Assembly (NCBI GenBank): GCA_963662335.2
Contig: CAXXVD010000002.1
Location: forward strand, 160,001-224,000
Direction of reading: 5' to 3'
DNA: 64,000 nucleotides
From: Chloroflexota bacterium
GTDB taxonomy: Bacteria > Chloroflexota > UBA11872 > VXOZ01
In this document: positions 9,364-19,511 of the stretch, one piece after another
How the letters are laid out: each line of letters starts with the position of its first letter
Position numbering within the stretch: position 1 is the stretch's first letter
Notes under the pieces: model-generated
What the model was told of the DNA's origin: nothing
Databases searched by the model: none
Seen by the model: the letters and a program-made list of their open reading frames with translations, nothing else
Position numbers and translations under genes: made by a program

Positions 9364-10212
9364 TTACCCCACTGTTAGGCCCAATTCTTGCTCCACGTAG
9401 GCCTTGTTCGTGGCCGCGCTGGCTTTGGGGGTGGAGCGGGAGCGGTCGAGTTCGATCATGAGCCAGCCGGTGTAGCCGCCGGCTTGCAGGGCCTGGACGC
9501 ACTCCTTCACGTGCACCACGCCGCTGCCGAGTTCCACGAAGTCGGGCAGGATGGCGGTAGCCGCGTCCGCGCCCTGGGCCGGAGCCGCCTGGGAGTCGGC
9601 AAAGGCCTGGGGATCCCAGTCTTTCAGGTGGACGTACCGCACGCGCTCGGCGTAGGCGCGCACCACTGCCAGTTCATCGCCGCCGCCCTTGCGCAGGTGG
9701 GCGGTGTCCGGGCAGAGGAAGACGTAGCGCGGATCGGTGGCGTCCATCATGAACGCAATCTCTTCCTCGGTTTCCACCGTGGTGGCGTAGTGCGGGTGGT
9801 AGCAGGCGAGCACACCGTAGTCCAGGCAGCGGCGGCCGATTTCGTTCATGCAGTGCGCCTGGTTGCGCAGGTCGTCGCGGCTGGGGCCGCCCGGCGCGCG
9901 GGAGCCGCCGCCCAGCACCAGGCGGTCCGCGCCGTTGGCGTGCAGAAACTGGGCAAATGCCGCGTTGCGGGCGATCATCTCGTCCATGCGGTGAGCCTCG
10001 TTCATGGGGCCGCCGCCGTAGACGGTGGCAAGTTGCAGGCCGCGCCGCGCGATTATGTCCTGAAACTCGCTCACCCTATCGCCGTAGTCGTCCACCACCG
10101 CGGCAAAGGTCTCGAATCCTTTGAACCCCAGCGCCGCAATCTCATCCAACGCCTGCGCGAAACCCTCCATGCCCCACGTAATCGTATGGTATCCGACGCG
10201 AATGTCTGTCAC
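9364..10212 (-). CDS. Sugar phosphate isomerase/epimerase (xylose isomerase-like TIM barrel, IolE-like)
   Basis: YHPH, DTAH, HLKD, GYTGWLMIELD motifs. Start moved to GTG 10212 behind GGGGAGAG. Confidence 0.85.
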   Translation of the reverse strand: MTDIRVGYHTITWGMEGFAQALDEIAALGFKGFETFAAVVDDYGDRVSEFQDIIARRGLQLATVYGGGPMNEAHRMDEMIARNAAFAQFLHANGADRLVLGGGSRAPGGPSRDDLRNQAHCMNEIGRRCLDYGVLACYHPHYATTVETEEEIAFMMDATDPRYVFLCPDTAHLRKGGGDELAVVRAYAERVRYVHLKDWDPQAFADSQAAPAQGADAATAILPDFVELGSGVVHVKECVQALQAGGYTGWLMIELDRSRSTPKASAATNKAYVEQELGLTVG

Positions 10213-10377
10213 GGCTGTTCTCTCCCCGGTTGTCTTCAAGCCAACGTCGGCGTGTATCTTGCCGCTCCGAAGCGTCCAGTGCCGACCTCGGCGCCAGTAT
10301 AGTCGCAGTGGATTGCCATGCGCGCCTTTCCGCTTGTGCTTCGACCGGCTCAGCACGAACGGATTGCTTTCGTCCCC

Positions 10378-11205
10378 TTATTCGCCAACCGCCATTTCCA
10401 CCACCGGCCGGCCGTCTTCTTCCACCCACACGCCGCAGGGGCCGCCGCGCTCGCTGTTGCCCAGGGCCGCCACGCTGCCGTCCATGCGCAGCACCGGGTG
10501 GTAGTACTTCGAGACCTTTTCCGCGCTGCCCATGATGTAGTGGCCGATCAGCGAGCGGCGGAAGCGGTCGGTGGTGCGATTGGGAAAGCTGCCGTGGATC
10601 AACTGACCGTTGAAGAAGAGCACGTCGCCGGCCTTCATCAGCACCGGCGCGGTCTGCACCTGTTCCGGCAGCGGCACGGTCACGTCGGTAAAGCTCTGGG
10701 CGGTATCGGCTTCCTCGGTGCAGAGTTCCGGCAGGGTGTGGCTGCCGGGCGCCACTTGCAGGCAGCCGTTGGCCTCGTCGCAGTCGTCGAGCGCCAGCCA
10801 GGCCGCCATGCACGTGCCGGGCTGCACCTGCAAGTAGAACTGATCCTGGTGCAGGGCCTGGCCGCGCGCGCCGGGCGGCTTGAAGTAGATCATGGTCTGC
10901 ACCGCGAACGGGTCCGCTCCCAGGAGGGTCGCCAGACCCTCCCGAAAGCGCGGGTCCAATATCCACCGCAAGCTCAGGTCGTCCCAGCGGTGCATGTGGA
11001 TCATACGGGGAAAGCGCTTCAAGGGGTCGGCCGCCGGGTCGCTGTCCGGCGCCGCGACGCCGGCGGAATCGCCTTTGTACGTCCCGTTTTGCCGCAGGTG
11101 CATGTAGTGCGCGGTGAGCGCCGCTACCTCGTCCGGCGGAAACAGGCCGCGCGCGATTGTGTAGCCGTCACGCTCGAAAGCGGCTTTGAATGCGTGGTCG
11201 AACAT
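10378..11205 (-). CDS. Phytanoyl-CoA dioxygenase (PhyH) family protein
   Basis: FERDGY, LHQD, WLALDD..EANGCL.VAPGSH, GDVLFFNG.LIHGS.PN...R. Start trimmed to ATG 11205. Confidence 0.9.
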   Translation of the reverse strand: MFDHAFKAAFERDGYTIARGLFPPDEVAALTAHYMHLRQNGTYKGDSAGVAAPDSDPAADPLKRFPRMIHMHRWDDLSLRWILDPRFREGLATLLGADPFAVQTMIYFKPPGARGQALHQDQFYLQVQPGTCMAAWLALDDCDEANGCLQVAPGSHTLPELCTEEADTAQSFTDVTVPLPEQVQTAPVLMKAGDVLFFNGQLIHGSFPNRTTDRFRRSLIGHYIMGSAEKVSKYYHPVLRMDGSVAALGNSERGGPCGVWVEEDGRPVVEMAVGE

Positions 11206-11385
11206 CGTCGTCTTCCTTCCGTTGCCGTGAGCGCAGTCGCCAATTGCCCACAGTGTACCGCAGACGATTTGGCGTGACCATGCCCGCGCGATTTCGCCGG
11301 TTGCGAGCGCTTTGCGCTGCGTGTAGCCGCGATAGGGCGTACAATAGTCGGGGACGAGTGGCAGCAGCGTAGGAGCGCGCGAGCG

Positions 11386-12585
11386 ATGGTAAGGCAACCT
11401 GACGAATTCCGCCTGGTGTGGGGCGACCTGCACGTGCATTCGTATTTTTCGGCGTGTTACTGGGGCGAGGAGACGCTGCCGGACGGCTTCGACGGCTCGC
11501 CGGCCGATTGCTACCGTTACGCCCGGGGCGTGGCGGGCATGGACTTTGGCGCGGTAACCGATCATACCTGGTCGGGCAGCGGCCGCATGTTGGTGGCGGA
11601 CGAGTGGGCGGAAATCCTGGAAGCCAACCGCCGGTATCACGAGCCGGAGCGGTTCGTGTCGATTCCCGCCTATGAGTGGAACGCGCCCAACGACCGGCAG
11701 TGGGGGCACCGCAACACCATCTTCAACCACGATGAGCCGCCTATTCTCAGCAGCGGTGAGGCGGTGACGGACCTTGCCCAACTCTGGGAACAGCTTGAGG
11801 GCTTGCCGTACGAGGCGCTCAGCATTCCGCACCACCTGGCCCGCGACCGCACGCCCTACGATTGGTCGCAGCACCACCCCCACTGGGAACCGGTGGTGGA
11901 GATTACCTCGCTCTGGGGCAACTACGAGTACCAGGGCAACCCCCACGAGTGCGACCCGAATTGGTCGCCCGGCGCCAGCGGCAGCTTCTTGCAGGACGGC
12001 CTGGCGCGGGCGCGGCAGGTGGGCGTGATCGGCGGCGGCGACAATCACACCGGCCACGCCGGCGGGCACTATTACGATTCGCAGCAACCGAACGCGGCGA
12101 AATCCAAACGCCTGGGGCGCCTGAGCCAACTGCGCATGAACGCCCTGGGCACCGGCCTCGGCGGGCTGTGGGTGACGGAGTTGACCCGCGACGGGATATT
12201 TGAAGCGCTGCGCGCCCGGCGCTGCATCGCGGCTTCCGGCCGCAAGATTGGGCTCTGGACCGAGACCAACGGCCTGCCCATGGGCGCGGAGGGGCCGCCG
12301 CTGGACGAGCGCCCGCGCACCATTGCCTACACCGTTTCCGGCAATGAGCGCATCAAGAACGTCACCCTGGTGCGCAACGGCGTGGACGTGAAGCGCTTCT
12401 ACGGCGACGACTACTACCACGAGGGTGTGTTCGAGGACACCGACCCGCTGGAAAGACTGCTCCGGATCTCTCCCAGCGCCAACGACGGCAACGGCACGGA
12501 CTGGGTCTACTACTACGTGCGCGCGGTGCAGGTGGACGGGCGCACGGCGTGGTCGAGCCCGGTGTGGTTTCCGCTTGGCGGCTGA
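11386..12585 (+). CDS. PHP-fold metallohydrolase (DUF3604 / CehA-McbA-like)
   Basis: WGDLHVHS, DFGAVTDH, GHRN, IPHH, GGGDNH, C-terminal YYYVR...AWSSPVW. Confidence 0.8.
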   Translation: MVRQPDEFRLVWGDLHVHSYFSACYWGEETLPDGFDGSPADCYRYARGVAGMDFGAVTDHTWSGSGRMLVADEWAEILEANRRYHEPERFVSIPAYEWNAPNDRQWGHRNTIFNHDEPPILSSGEAVTDLAQLWEQLEGLPYEALSIPHHLARDRTPYDWSQHHPHWEPVVEITSLWGNYEYQGNPHECDPNWSPGASGSFLQDGLARARQVGVIGGGDNHTGHAGGHYYDSQQPNAAKSKRLGRLSQLRMNALGTGLGGLWVTELTRDGIFEALRARRCIAASGRKIGLWTETNGLPMGAEGPPLDERPRTIAYTVSGNERIKNVTLVRNGVDVKRFYGDDYYHEGVFEDTDPLERLLRISPSANDGNGTDWVYYYVRAVQVDGRTAWSSPVWFPLGG

Positions 12586-12641
12586 ACGGACGAGTCCTAG
12601 CTGAGCGCCCGACCCTTACGGAGTGGCCTGCGCGCCCGCAC

Positions 12642-12704
12642 CCGTTCGCGCTGATCCTGTCGAAGCGTGAACGGGTGGGCACTTCGACGTGCTCAGTGCG
12701 AACG
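12642..12704. repeat. REP family F (CTTCGACAGGCTCAGCACGAACGG type), inverted pair
   Basis: Related copies at 10339-10362, ~15010-15118, ~15272-15296, ~57370-57401. Confidence 0.75.
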
Positions 12705-12834
12705 GCAAGAGCGCCGGTCATGTTTCCCGGCTTGATTTGTTGCGGCGAGTCGCGCAGCGTAGAATAGACACGACTCCCAAAGAGTGCAGACAAACGCGCC
12801 GAGCGGCGCGCTTACTGGGTGGAGAAACGCGCCG

Positions 12835-13569
12835 ATGGCCGAAACAACGCCAAGCGAACCGGAATCTACTGCCGCCTCGGTTTTTTCGCCGGTGCGCAGC
12901 TTGGTCATGCCGGCGCTGGACCTACCCGATCACTTCGCATTCGACACCAGACTGAAGATGGACGGCCAGGAGTTTCTCGCCCACTTGCCGGCGGACAGGA
13001 TTCCGGTCGCGTTCCTCGATCCGCAGTACCGCGGGCTGCTTGACAAGATGTCCTACGGCAACGAGGGCCGCACGAGAAATCGGGGCCGCTCCGCGCTCGC
13101 GCAGATGGACGAAGAGAAGATTGCCGCCTTCGTCCGCGGTATCGACCGCGCCCTGATGCCCAGCGGGCACCTCTTCCTCTGGATGGATAAATACCACCTC
13201 TGCACGGGGTTTTCGCATTGGCTCACGGAGACGAAACTCGCGGTGGTGGATTTGGTCACGTGGGACAAGGGCCGCATCGGCATGGGCTACCGCACCCGGC
13301 GCAAGAGCGAACACCTGGTCGTCTTGCAGAAGACGCCGCGCCGGGCCAAGGGCGTGTGGAAGATGCACGACATTCCGGACGTGTGGGCGGAAACAGTGCC
13401 GCGCGACGCGGTGACCCACCGCAAGCCGGTGGAACTGCAAGGGGCGCTGCTGGCGGCAGTGACAAATCCGGGAGACGTGGTGATCGACCCGGCGGCCGGC
13501 AGTTTCTCCGTGCTGGAGGCGTGCCGCCAACGCAACCGGGTCTTCCTGGGCTGCGACATCGAGGGTTAG
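12835..13569 (+). CDS. Orphan amino-DNA methyltransferase (N6A/N4C, beta-class order)
   Basis: Catalytic motif IV variant DPQY precedes HxKP and SAM-binding VIDPAAGS; no nuclease adjacent. Confidence 0.82.
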   Translation: MAETTPSEPESTAASVFSPVRSLVMPALDLPDHFAFDTRLKMDGQEFLAHLPADRIPVAFLDPQYRGLLDKMSYGNEGRTRNRGRSALAQMDEEKIAAFVRGIDRALMPSGHLFLWMDKYHLCTGFSHWLTETKLAVVDLVTWDKGRIGMGYRTRRKSEHLVVLQKTPRRAKGVWKMHDIPDVWAETVPRDAVTHRKPVELQGALLAAVTNPGDVVIDPAAGSFSVLEACRQRNRVFLGCDIEG

Positions 13570-13618
13570 TGGCGCGGCGCGCACAGTTCGCGCCGTACCG
13601 CAGGAGGTTCTCCGTAGC

Positions 13619-13795
13619 GTAGCGCGGGGGGCTTGTCCCCCGCCTGGGCGTTGTGCAGAATGGGTTGATGGTTAGCGCCTGTTCTGAAAGATTGGGCACA
13701 TTGAAAGGTAGTGACAACCTGTCTAAGGTAAGGCGAGCAGCTTGGCTTGAGAGGCACGCCTAGAGCTCTCCGTAGCGCGGGGGCTTGTCCCCCGC
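13619..13795 (+). repeat. Two direct REP-A copies with degenerate shared tails
   Basis: 13619-13643 and 13772-13795, each followed by CTGGG...GCCTGTTC. More REP-A at 15212-15235, 19800-19823, 22565-22586, 61389-61412. Confidence 0.85.
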
Positions 13796-13893
13796 CTGGG
13801 TATGGGAGAGAACAGGTTTCTTAGTGATGCCTGTTCGGATTGATGGGTTACACCTGCAAGCATCGACACTCTGCGTAATGTGAGGCGAATACT

Positions 13894-14925
13894 ATGAGCT
13901 CAGAATCCATCCGGGTAGGCATCGTTGGCGCGGGGGCGAACACGCGCGGCAAGCACATTCCCGGCTTGCAGGCCATAGAGGGCGTGGAGGTGGTGAGCGT
14001 TTGCAACCGCAGCCCGGCGTCCAGCGACCGCGCGGCGCGGGAATTCGGCATTCCCCAGACGTATGCGAACTGGAACGAACTGGTCGGCGCGCCGGACACC
14101 AACGCCATCGTCATCGGCACGTGGCCGTACCTGCACTGCCAGGCGACTTTGGCGGCGCTGGCGGCCGGCAAGCACGTGCTCTGCGAGGCGCGCATGGCGA
14201 TGAACGCGGCTGAGGCCCGCGAAATGTACGCCGCGGCGCAGGCCAATCCGCACTTGGTCGCGCAGATCGTGCCCTCCCCCATGACGCTGCGGGTGGACGC
14301 CACTATCAAGCGGCTGCTGGCAGAAGGCTACCTCGGCGACCTGCTGGCGATCGAGGTGCGCGTGGGCGGCGATTTCCTGGATGCCGCCGCGCCGCTCCAC
14401 TGGCGGCAGGACGCTGACCTGAGCGGCTTGAACATCATGAGCATGGGCATCTGGTACGAGGCGGTGCTGCGCTGGGTGGGCGAGGCTACCCGCGTGCAGG
14501 CCATGGGCAAGGTCTTTACGCGGCTCCGCGCGGACGAAACCGGCTCGCTGCGCGCCGTGCGCGTGCCGGAACACGTGGACGTGACGGCCGACATGGCCTG
14601 CGGCGCGCAATTGCACATGCAGGTCTCCGGCGTGACCGGCCTTGCCGGCGCGCCGGAAGCCTTTCTCTTTGGCAGTGAAGGCACGCTGCGCTTCTGCGAC
14701 AACCGGCTCTACGGCGGCAAACGCGGGGATGCGGCCCTGCGGGAGATTGCCATTTCAGATGAAGAGGCCGGCGGCTGGCGCGTGGAAGAGGAATTCGTGA
14801 ACGCCATTCGCGGCTTGGAGCCGGTGACGCACACCACGCCCGCAACCGGCGTGAAGTACATGGAGTTCACCGAGGCGGTGACGCGCAGCATCCAGACCAG
14901 TCGGGCGATTGCGCTGCCGCTGTAG
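13894..14925 (+). CDS. Gfo/Idh/MocA-family oxidoreductase
   Basis: RVGIVGAG, AGKHVLCEAR motifs. Confidence 0.9.
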   Translation: MSSESIRVGIVGAGANTRGKHIPGLQAIEGVEVVSVCNRSPASSDRAAREFGIPQTYANWNELVGAPDTNAIVIGTWPYLHCQATLAALAAGKHVLCEARMAMNAAEAREMYAAAQANPHLVAQIVPSPMTLRVDATIKRLLAEGYLGDLLAIEVRVGGDFLDAAAPLHWRQDADLSGLNIMSMGIWYEAVLRWVGEATRVQAMGKVFTRLRADETGSLRAVRVPEHVDVTADMACGAQLHMQVSGVTGLAGAPEAFLFGSEGTLRFCDNRLYGGKRGDAALREIAISDEEAGGWRVEEEFVNAIRGLEPVTHTTPATGVKYMEFTEAVTRSIQTSRAIALPL

Positions 14926-15359
14926 GGGTGAAGACGAACCCAATCTGCAGCGGGTTGCCATTCGTTCGCCCTACGCCCTTGTACTGCCCTCCGCCGGTCT
15001 TACACGCTTCCGTTCGCCCTGAGCTTGTCGAAGGGTGAACGAATGGTTGCCCGCTTCCTGCTCACTGGCGCTGAGCCTGCCTCGCCGTTCGTACTTCGAC
15101 AGGCTCAGCACGAACGGGGAAGCGGATTCGGCGCTAGCGGTTTGGCGACTCTGTGGGTGGCAGTGCGGGAGTCTTGGCGCGCAGGCTTGTCCCAAAGGCT
15201 GTCGTATTTACGTAGCGCGGGGGCTTGTCCCCCGCTCGTGGCTTCCGGCGCAAACTGCCGCCTAGCCCTGCGCTTCGACAGGCTCAGCGCGTACGGCTAG
15301 AGGCTTCCAAGGCAGAGCCGATTCCCACCCGAGGTTCTTGCGGTTGCAGGCAGCGCCTT

Positions 15360-16031
15360 TCACAGAATCCCGTGCCGCTCGAAGACCGTGCGCATCTTCT
15401 CACCCGCCGCAAGTTCGGCGCGCACGGTGTTTTCGCCCCGCACTTTCTCCTCGGCGGGCGCGAGCACTGCCTCAATCTTCTCGTGGGGAATGACAACGAC
15501 CCCGTCGTATTCGGCCAGGATATAGTCGCCGGGCCGCACCAGCACGCCGCCGCACGTTATCGGCGCGTTGTGGCCGATGGCCTCGGCGCGCCCGGCGGCG
15601 TCGGCGGCGCAAGCGGCCGCGGCAAAGACCGGATACGGCATCCCAATGATCTTGTCGGAATCCCGCACCGGGCCGTCGATCACCGCCCCGGCGGCGCCTC
15701 GTGCCTGGGCGCAGGTGGAGAAGAGTTCGCCCCACAGCGCGCACGGCGGCGCATCGCCCTGGGCGGCCACGTAGACCTCGCCCGGCAGCAGGCTGTCCAT
15801 GGCCTCGATCTCCATGGCGTGATATTCCTCCCGCGAGGGAATGCGCTCAGCCGGACGGAAGTGAATCGGATGGGCGCGGCCCACGATGCGCGCCTCAGGA
15901 TAGAGCGGCCGCACGCGCGGCGCCATCACCTGATGCCGCAAGCCCAGGGCATCGAGCGCGTCGGAGACCACGGCGACGTAGACGCGCCGCAGGCGTTCCA
16001 GATACGGGTCTTGGGGAGAGGCGGCGGACAT
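15360..16031 (-). CDS. RraA/HMG-CHA aldolase family protein
   Basis: VSDALD, WGEL, IDGPVRD, VRPGD.I...DGVVVIP motifs. Confidence 0.88.
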   Translation of the reverse strand: MSAASPQDPYLERLRRVYVAVVSDALDALGLRHQVMAPRVRPLYPEARIVGRAHPIHFRPAERIPSREEYHAMEIEAMDSLLPGEVYVAAQGDAPPCALWGELFSTCAQARGAAGAVIDGPVRDSDKIIGMPYPVFAAAACAADAAGRAEAIGHNAPITCGGVLVRPGDYILAEYDGVVVIPHEKIEAVLAPAEEKVRGENTVRAELAAGEKMRTVFERHGIL

Positions 16032-16069
16032 GGCGCGGCGCTCCTTTCGCTGTGGTGTGGCTGCGGACT

Positions 16070-17251
16070 TCACTGCTTGGTGTGCGCGCCGCCGTTTTCC
16101 CAGGCGCGCCAGTAGAGCGTCTCGATCTCCTGCGGCGTTGGTTGGCGGGGATTGCTGGCCATGTTGGGGTCTTTTGCGCCGTTGGCGACGAGTTGCGGCA
16201 GGGCGTGGGACAACTGCTCCTTGGTAACGCCGGCCGCGCGTAGGGAAGCGGGCAGTCCGGCCTGGGCGCGCAGGTCGGCAAGAGCGTTGACAAGAGCGGC
16301 AACGGAATCGGCGCCGTCCAGTCCCAGGCGCGCCGCCAACGCCGCGTACCGGTCTGCCGCGGCGGGCGCATTGAAAGCAACGACATGAGGCAAGAGCAGG
16401 GCGTTGGCGCGGCCATGGGAGATGCCGAACGCCGGTGTGAGTTGGTGGGAGAGCGCGTGGCAGAGGCCCAGGCCCGCGCGCATGGTGGCCCCGGCCATGG
16501 TCGCCGCCAGGTGCATCTCGGCCCGGGCCGGCGTGTTGCCCGCCGCCTGCACCGAAGCCGGCAGATGCGCCATGACCGCGGCAATGGCATCGCCTGCCAA
16601 CGCTTGGGTCAGCGCATGCGACTCCACACAGGCATACGACTCAACCGCGTGGGCCAGCGCGTCGTAGCCGGTGTCCGCCGCCACGTGGGACGGCATGGCG
16701 GCCGGCAGCGCCGGGTCGAGAATGGCGGCCTCGGGCGCGCCGGTGAAGAGGATGCGCTTGACCGGCGGTTGCGCACCGTTGTCCGTAATCACCGCGCCGC
16801 GCCCGACCTCCGAGCCGGTGCCGCTGGTGGAGGGAATGGCGATGCACCGCACCTGGCCGGTTACGCGCGGCGGCGGGTCGTAACCGGCGGCAACGAGTTC
16901 CGGCACGCTCACGCCGGGCGTCTCGCACGCGGCGCGCACCGCCTTGGTGACGTCCAGCGTTGAACCCCCGCCGACGCCGACAATCGTATCCGGCCCGAAC
17001 TCCGCAGCCGATTCCACGACCAACGCAACAAGCTCCTGCGAGGGGTCCGGCTCGATGGCGTCGAAGACCGCCGTTGCCGCGCCCGCCTGCCGCGCCAGCC
17101 CGCACAACCGCTCCGTGAAGCCCAGCGGCGTCATGGCCGGGTCCGCCACCACCAAGACCCGCTGGCCACAGAGGGTAGGCAAAACGTCAAGCGCGCCGTT
17201 CCCCAGGTGAATCTCGGTGGGAATTGAGAACGAACGGATTTCCACGAACAT
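16070..17251 (-). CDS. Iron-containing alcohol dehydrogenase
   Basis: GGGSTLD, PSTSGTGSE, DALAHAVE, HALSH, HG motifs; GAAGGAG RBS. Confidence 0.93.
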   Translation of the reverse strand: MFVEIRSFSIPTEIHLGNGALDVLPTLCGQRVLVVADPAMTPLGFTERLCGLARQAGAATAVFDAIEPDPSQELVALVVESAAEFGPDTIVGVGGGSTLDVTKAVRAACETPGVSVPELVAAGYDPPPRVTGQVRCIAIPSTSGTGSEVGRGAVITDNGAQPPVKRILFTGAPEAAILDPALPAAMPSHVAADTGYDALAHAVESYACVESHALTQALAGDAIAAVMAHLPASVQAAGNTPARAEMHLAATMAGATMRAGLGLCHALSHQLTPAFGISHGRANALLLPHVVAFNAPAAADRYAALAARLGLDGADSVAALVNALADLRAQAGLPASLRAAGVTKEQLSHALPQLVANGAKDPNMASNPRQPTPQEIETLYWRAWENGGAHTKQ

Positions 17252-17587
17252 GGCTCCTTCTGAGCTTAGCATTGACAGACCGAAGCAGACAGAACGAGAA
17301 TGCCAACGACCAGGATGACGGCTCTATACTGTCGCCATTCTACAGGAACGGCGGCATTGTACGCGCCTATCGGCTGTTCGGCACGTGCTTGACAGGTACG
17401 CACTTGCTTGTTGAGGCAAAGTAGGCATCTTCGCTGGTTCCAAGCAAGAGGTGTGGGCTTCACCGGTTGGCAGCTTTGCCTGGGTGTGTGGTCGGGAGGC
17501 TTCAGGGCGCGGAGCCTCGGTTCTCGATGACGAGGGTTGGCATCGTACTCATGCTGTTTGACGCGACTGAAGAGGAAGTGCGATAAT

Positions 17588-17612
17588 AATTCCTAGTAGT
17601 TAGCTAGGTATT
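17588..17612. promoter_or_regulatory. 25-bp inverted-repeat operator (Rrf2/IscR-like) upstream of the Rieske gene
   Basis: AATTCCTAG-N7-CTAGGTATT, one mismatch, in an AT-rich patch about 60 bp before the ATG. Confidence 0.55.
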
Positions 17613-17672
17613 AAATGTGTATCCCCTATGGCAGTCTCGAGGCTATCTTGCATCAATCGGAAAGGACGGACA

Positions 17673-19511
17673 ATGGCGACAACCGTACCGCAGCGTGCAC
17701 TGTCTGAGCCCGCCGCTGAGCAGAACGGCCTGCTGCGGGTCTCCACTCTCGCGGAATTGCAGGAGCGGGGCGTGGTGACGGTGGCGGGGCAGGGGCATAC
17801 GGTGGCCGTGTTCTGGCACAACGAGCGCGCGTACGCGGTGGACAACCGCTGTCCGCACATGGGATTTCCGTTGGCGCGGGGCATCTGCGAGGACGGCGTG
17901 CTGACCTGTTATTGGCACTACGCCCGTTTCGACCTGGATTCCGGCGGCGCGTTCGACATCTGGGCCGGCGACCTGCGCGCCTTTCCGGTGACCGTGCGCG
18001 ACGGCGTCGTGTGGGTGGACGTGCGCGAAACCCAGAGCGTCGACGAGCGCTACGCCCAGGAAGCGGCGCGGCTGGAGAAGGCCTTGGAGCAGGGCATCGC
18101 GCTGAACCAGGCCAAAGCCGTGCTCGCCATGCGGGACCTCAAACCGGCGGAGGCGACGAAGCGGATTGTGGCTACCACCGCCGGGTTCGGCCTGCTGCGG
18201 GGTTCCAGCCGCAACCCGGGCGGCTGGGGCGACGGCCTCACCATTCTCACGGCCATGGCGAACTTGCAACCGCACCTCTTGGCGGACGACCGGCCGCTCT
18301 CCCTCTATCACGGCACGCGCCGGGTGAGCGATGACGCTATGGGCCGCCAGGAGCGCATTCTGCTCGATCCGCTGCCGACAGAGGCAATTCCGCCGGCGCG
18401 GCTGAAGCGCTGGTTCCGGGAGTACGTGGAGGTGCGCGACGCCGACGCCGCCGAACGCACGCTGCGCACGGCGATCGCGGTCGGTTGGACGCCGCAGCGG
18501 TTGCTCGACATGCTGGCCGCCGCCGCCACCGACCACTACTACCGCGACTTCTCGCACGTCATGGACACGCTGGCCAAGGCCGCGGAACTGCTGGACATCA
18601 TCGGTTGGGAGTCGGCCGCGGACGTGCTGCCGGCGCTCACCAGCCAGTGGGCGCAGGCGAGCCGGGAAGAAGAACGGAACGCCTGGCTGCGACCCGAAAA
18701 CCTGGTGGCGCTGGTGGAAGCGGCCGTGCCGGAACTGGACACGGCGGTTGACCTGGCGGCGCGGCCCACGGGCGGCTGGGACGCTGACCTTGTCGATGCG
18801 CTGCTGGGCGAGGAGCCGGGGCGCAGTATCGACGCGCTCATGGCGGCGTTCCGCGCGGGTTTGTCCCTGGCCGACGCGGCGCAGGCGCTGGCGTATGCGT
18901 CGGCGCTGCGGCTCACGCGCTTCCCCACCAGCAACGAGTTCGGCGATTGGGATACGGCGCTTCACCACTTCACCTATTGCGCCTCGCTGGCCCAGGTGGC
19001 CAAGCGCGCGCCCTCGGTCGAGTTGGCGCGGGGCGTGCTGCACGGCGCGATGGTGGTCTACCAGGCGCGGTTCCTCAATATGCCCGCCGCGCGCCTGCCG
19101 GGGAATGAGGCGCTGGCGGCGCTGCCGTCCGAGCCTGCCGTCTTACAAGAGCAACTCCTGGCGTACTGCGAACGTCAGGGCGGCGTGGACGAGGCCGGGG
19201 CCGTAACCTACCGCTATCTCACCCTCGGCCACGACCCGGCGGCGCTAATCGGCACGCTGGGCCACGCGGTGCTCTGCGAAGACCCCAGCTTCCACGACTT
19301 CCAGATGCTGGAGGAAGGGGCGCGCTTGTCCCAAGACCTGGCGGCGGCCGGCCATGCCGACGCGTCGTACCAGACGCTGGTGGCGATTGCCCGCTGGCAG
19401 GCGGCCCACGCGCCCACCCGCCGCGCGACGACGCAGACGTACACCATTGCCCGCCGCCTGCACCGGGGCGAGGCGGTGTACGCCGACAACGGCGACGCGC
19501 GTTCCGGGTAG
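17673..19511 (+). CDS. Rieske [2Fe-2S] domain protein with long helical C-terminal region
   Basis: CPH...CYWH Rieske motif; AAGGA RBS before ATG 17673. Confidence 0.87.
   Translation: MATTVPQRALSEPAAEQNGLLRVSTLAELQERGVVTVAGQGHTVAVFWHNERAYAVDNRCPHMGFPLARGICEDGVLTCYWHYARFDLDSGGAFDIWAGDLRAFPVTVRDGVVWVDVRETQSVDERYAQEAARLEKALEQGIALNQAKAVLAMRDLKPAEATKRIVATTAGFGLLRGSSRNPGGWGDGLTILTAMANLQPHLLADDRPLSLYHGTRRVSDDAMGRQERILLDPLPTEAIPPARLKRWFREYVEVRDADAAERTLRTAIAVGWTPQRLLDMLAAAATDHYYRDFSHVMDTLAKAAELLDIIGWESAADVLPALTSQWAQASREEERNAWLRPENLVALVEAAVPELDTAVDLAARPTGGWDADLVDALLGEEPGRSIDALMAAFRAGLSLADAAQALAYASALRLTRFPTSNEFGDWDTALHHFTYCASLAQVAKRAPSVELARGVLHGAMVVYQARFLNMPAARLPGNEALAALPSEPAVLQEQLLAYCERQGGVDEAGAVTYRYLTLGHDPAALIGTLGHAVLCEDPSFHDFQMLEEGARLSQDLAAAGHADASYQTLVAIARWQAAHAPTRRATTQTYTIARRLHRGEAVYADNGDARSG

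Noticed and set aside
11206-12420. Apparent 400-aa N-terminal extension of the PhyH protein (similarly 25777-26607 for the enolase-family gene and 25274-25648 for fabG)
   Set aside because: The extensions overlap real genes or REPs, and good RBS/start pairs exist at the domain starts.
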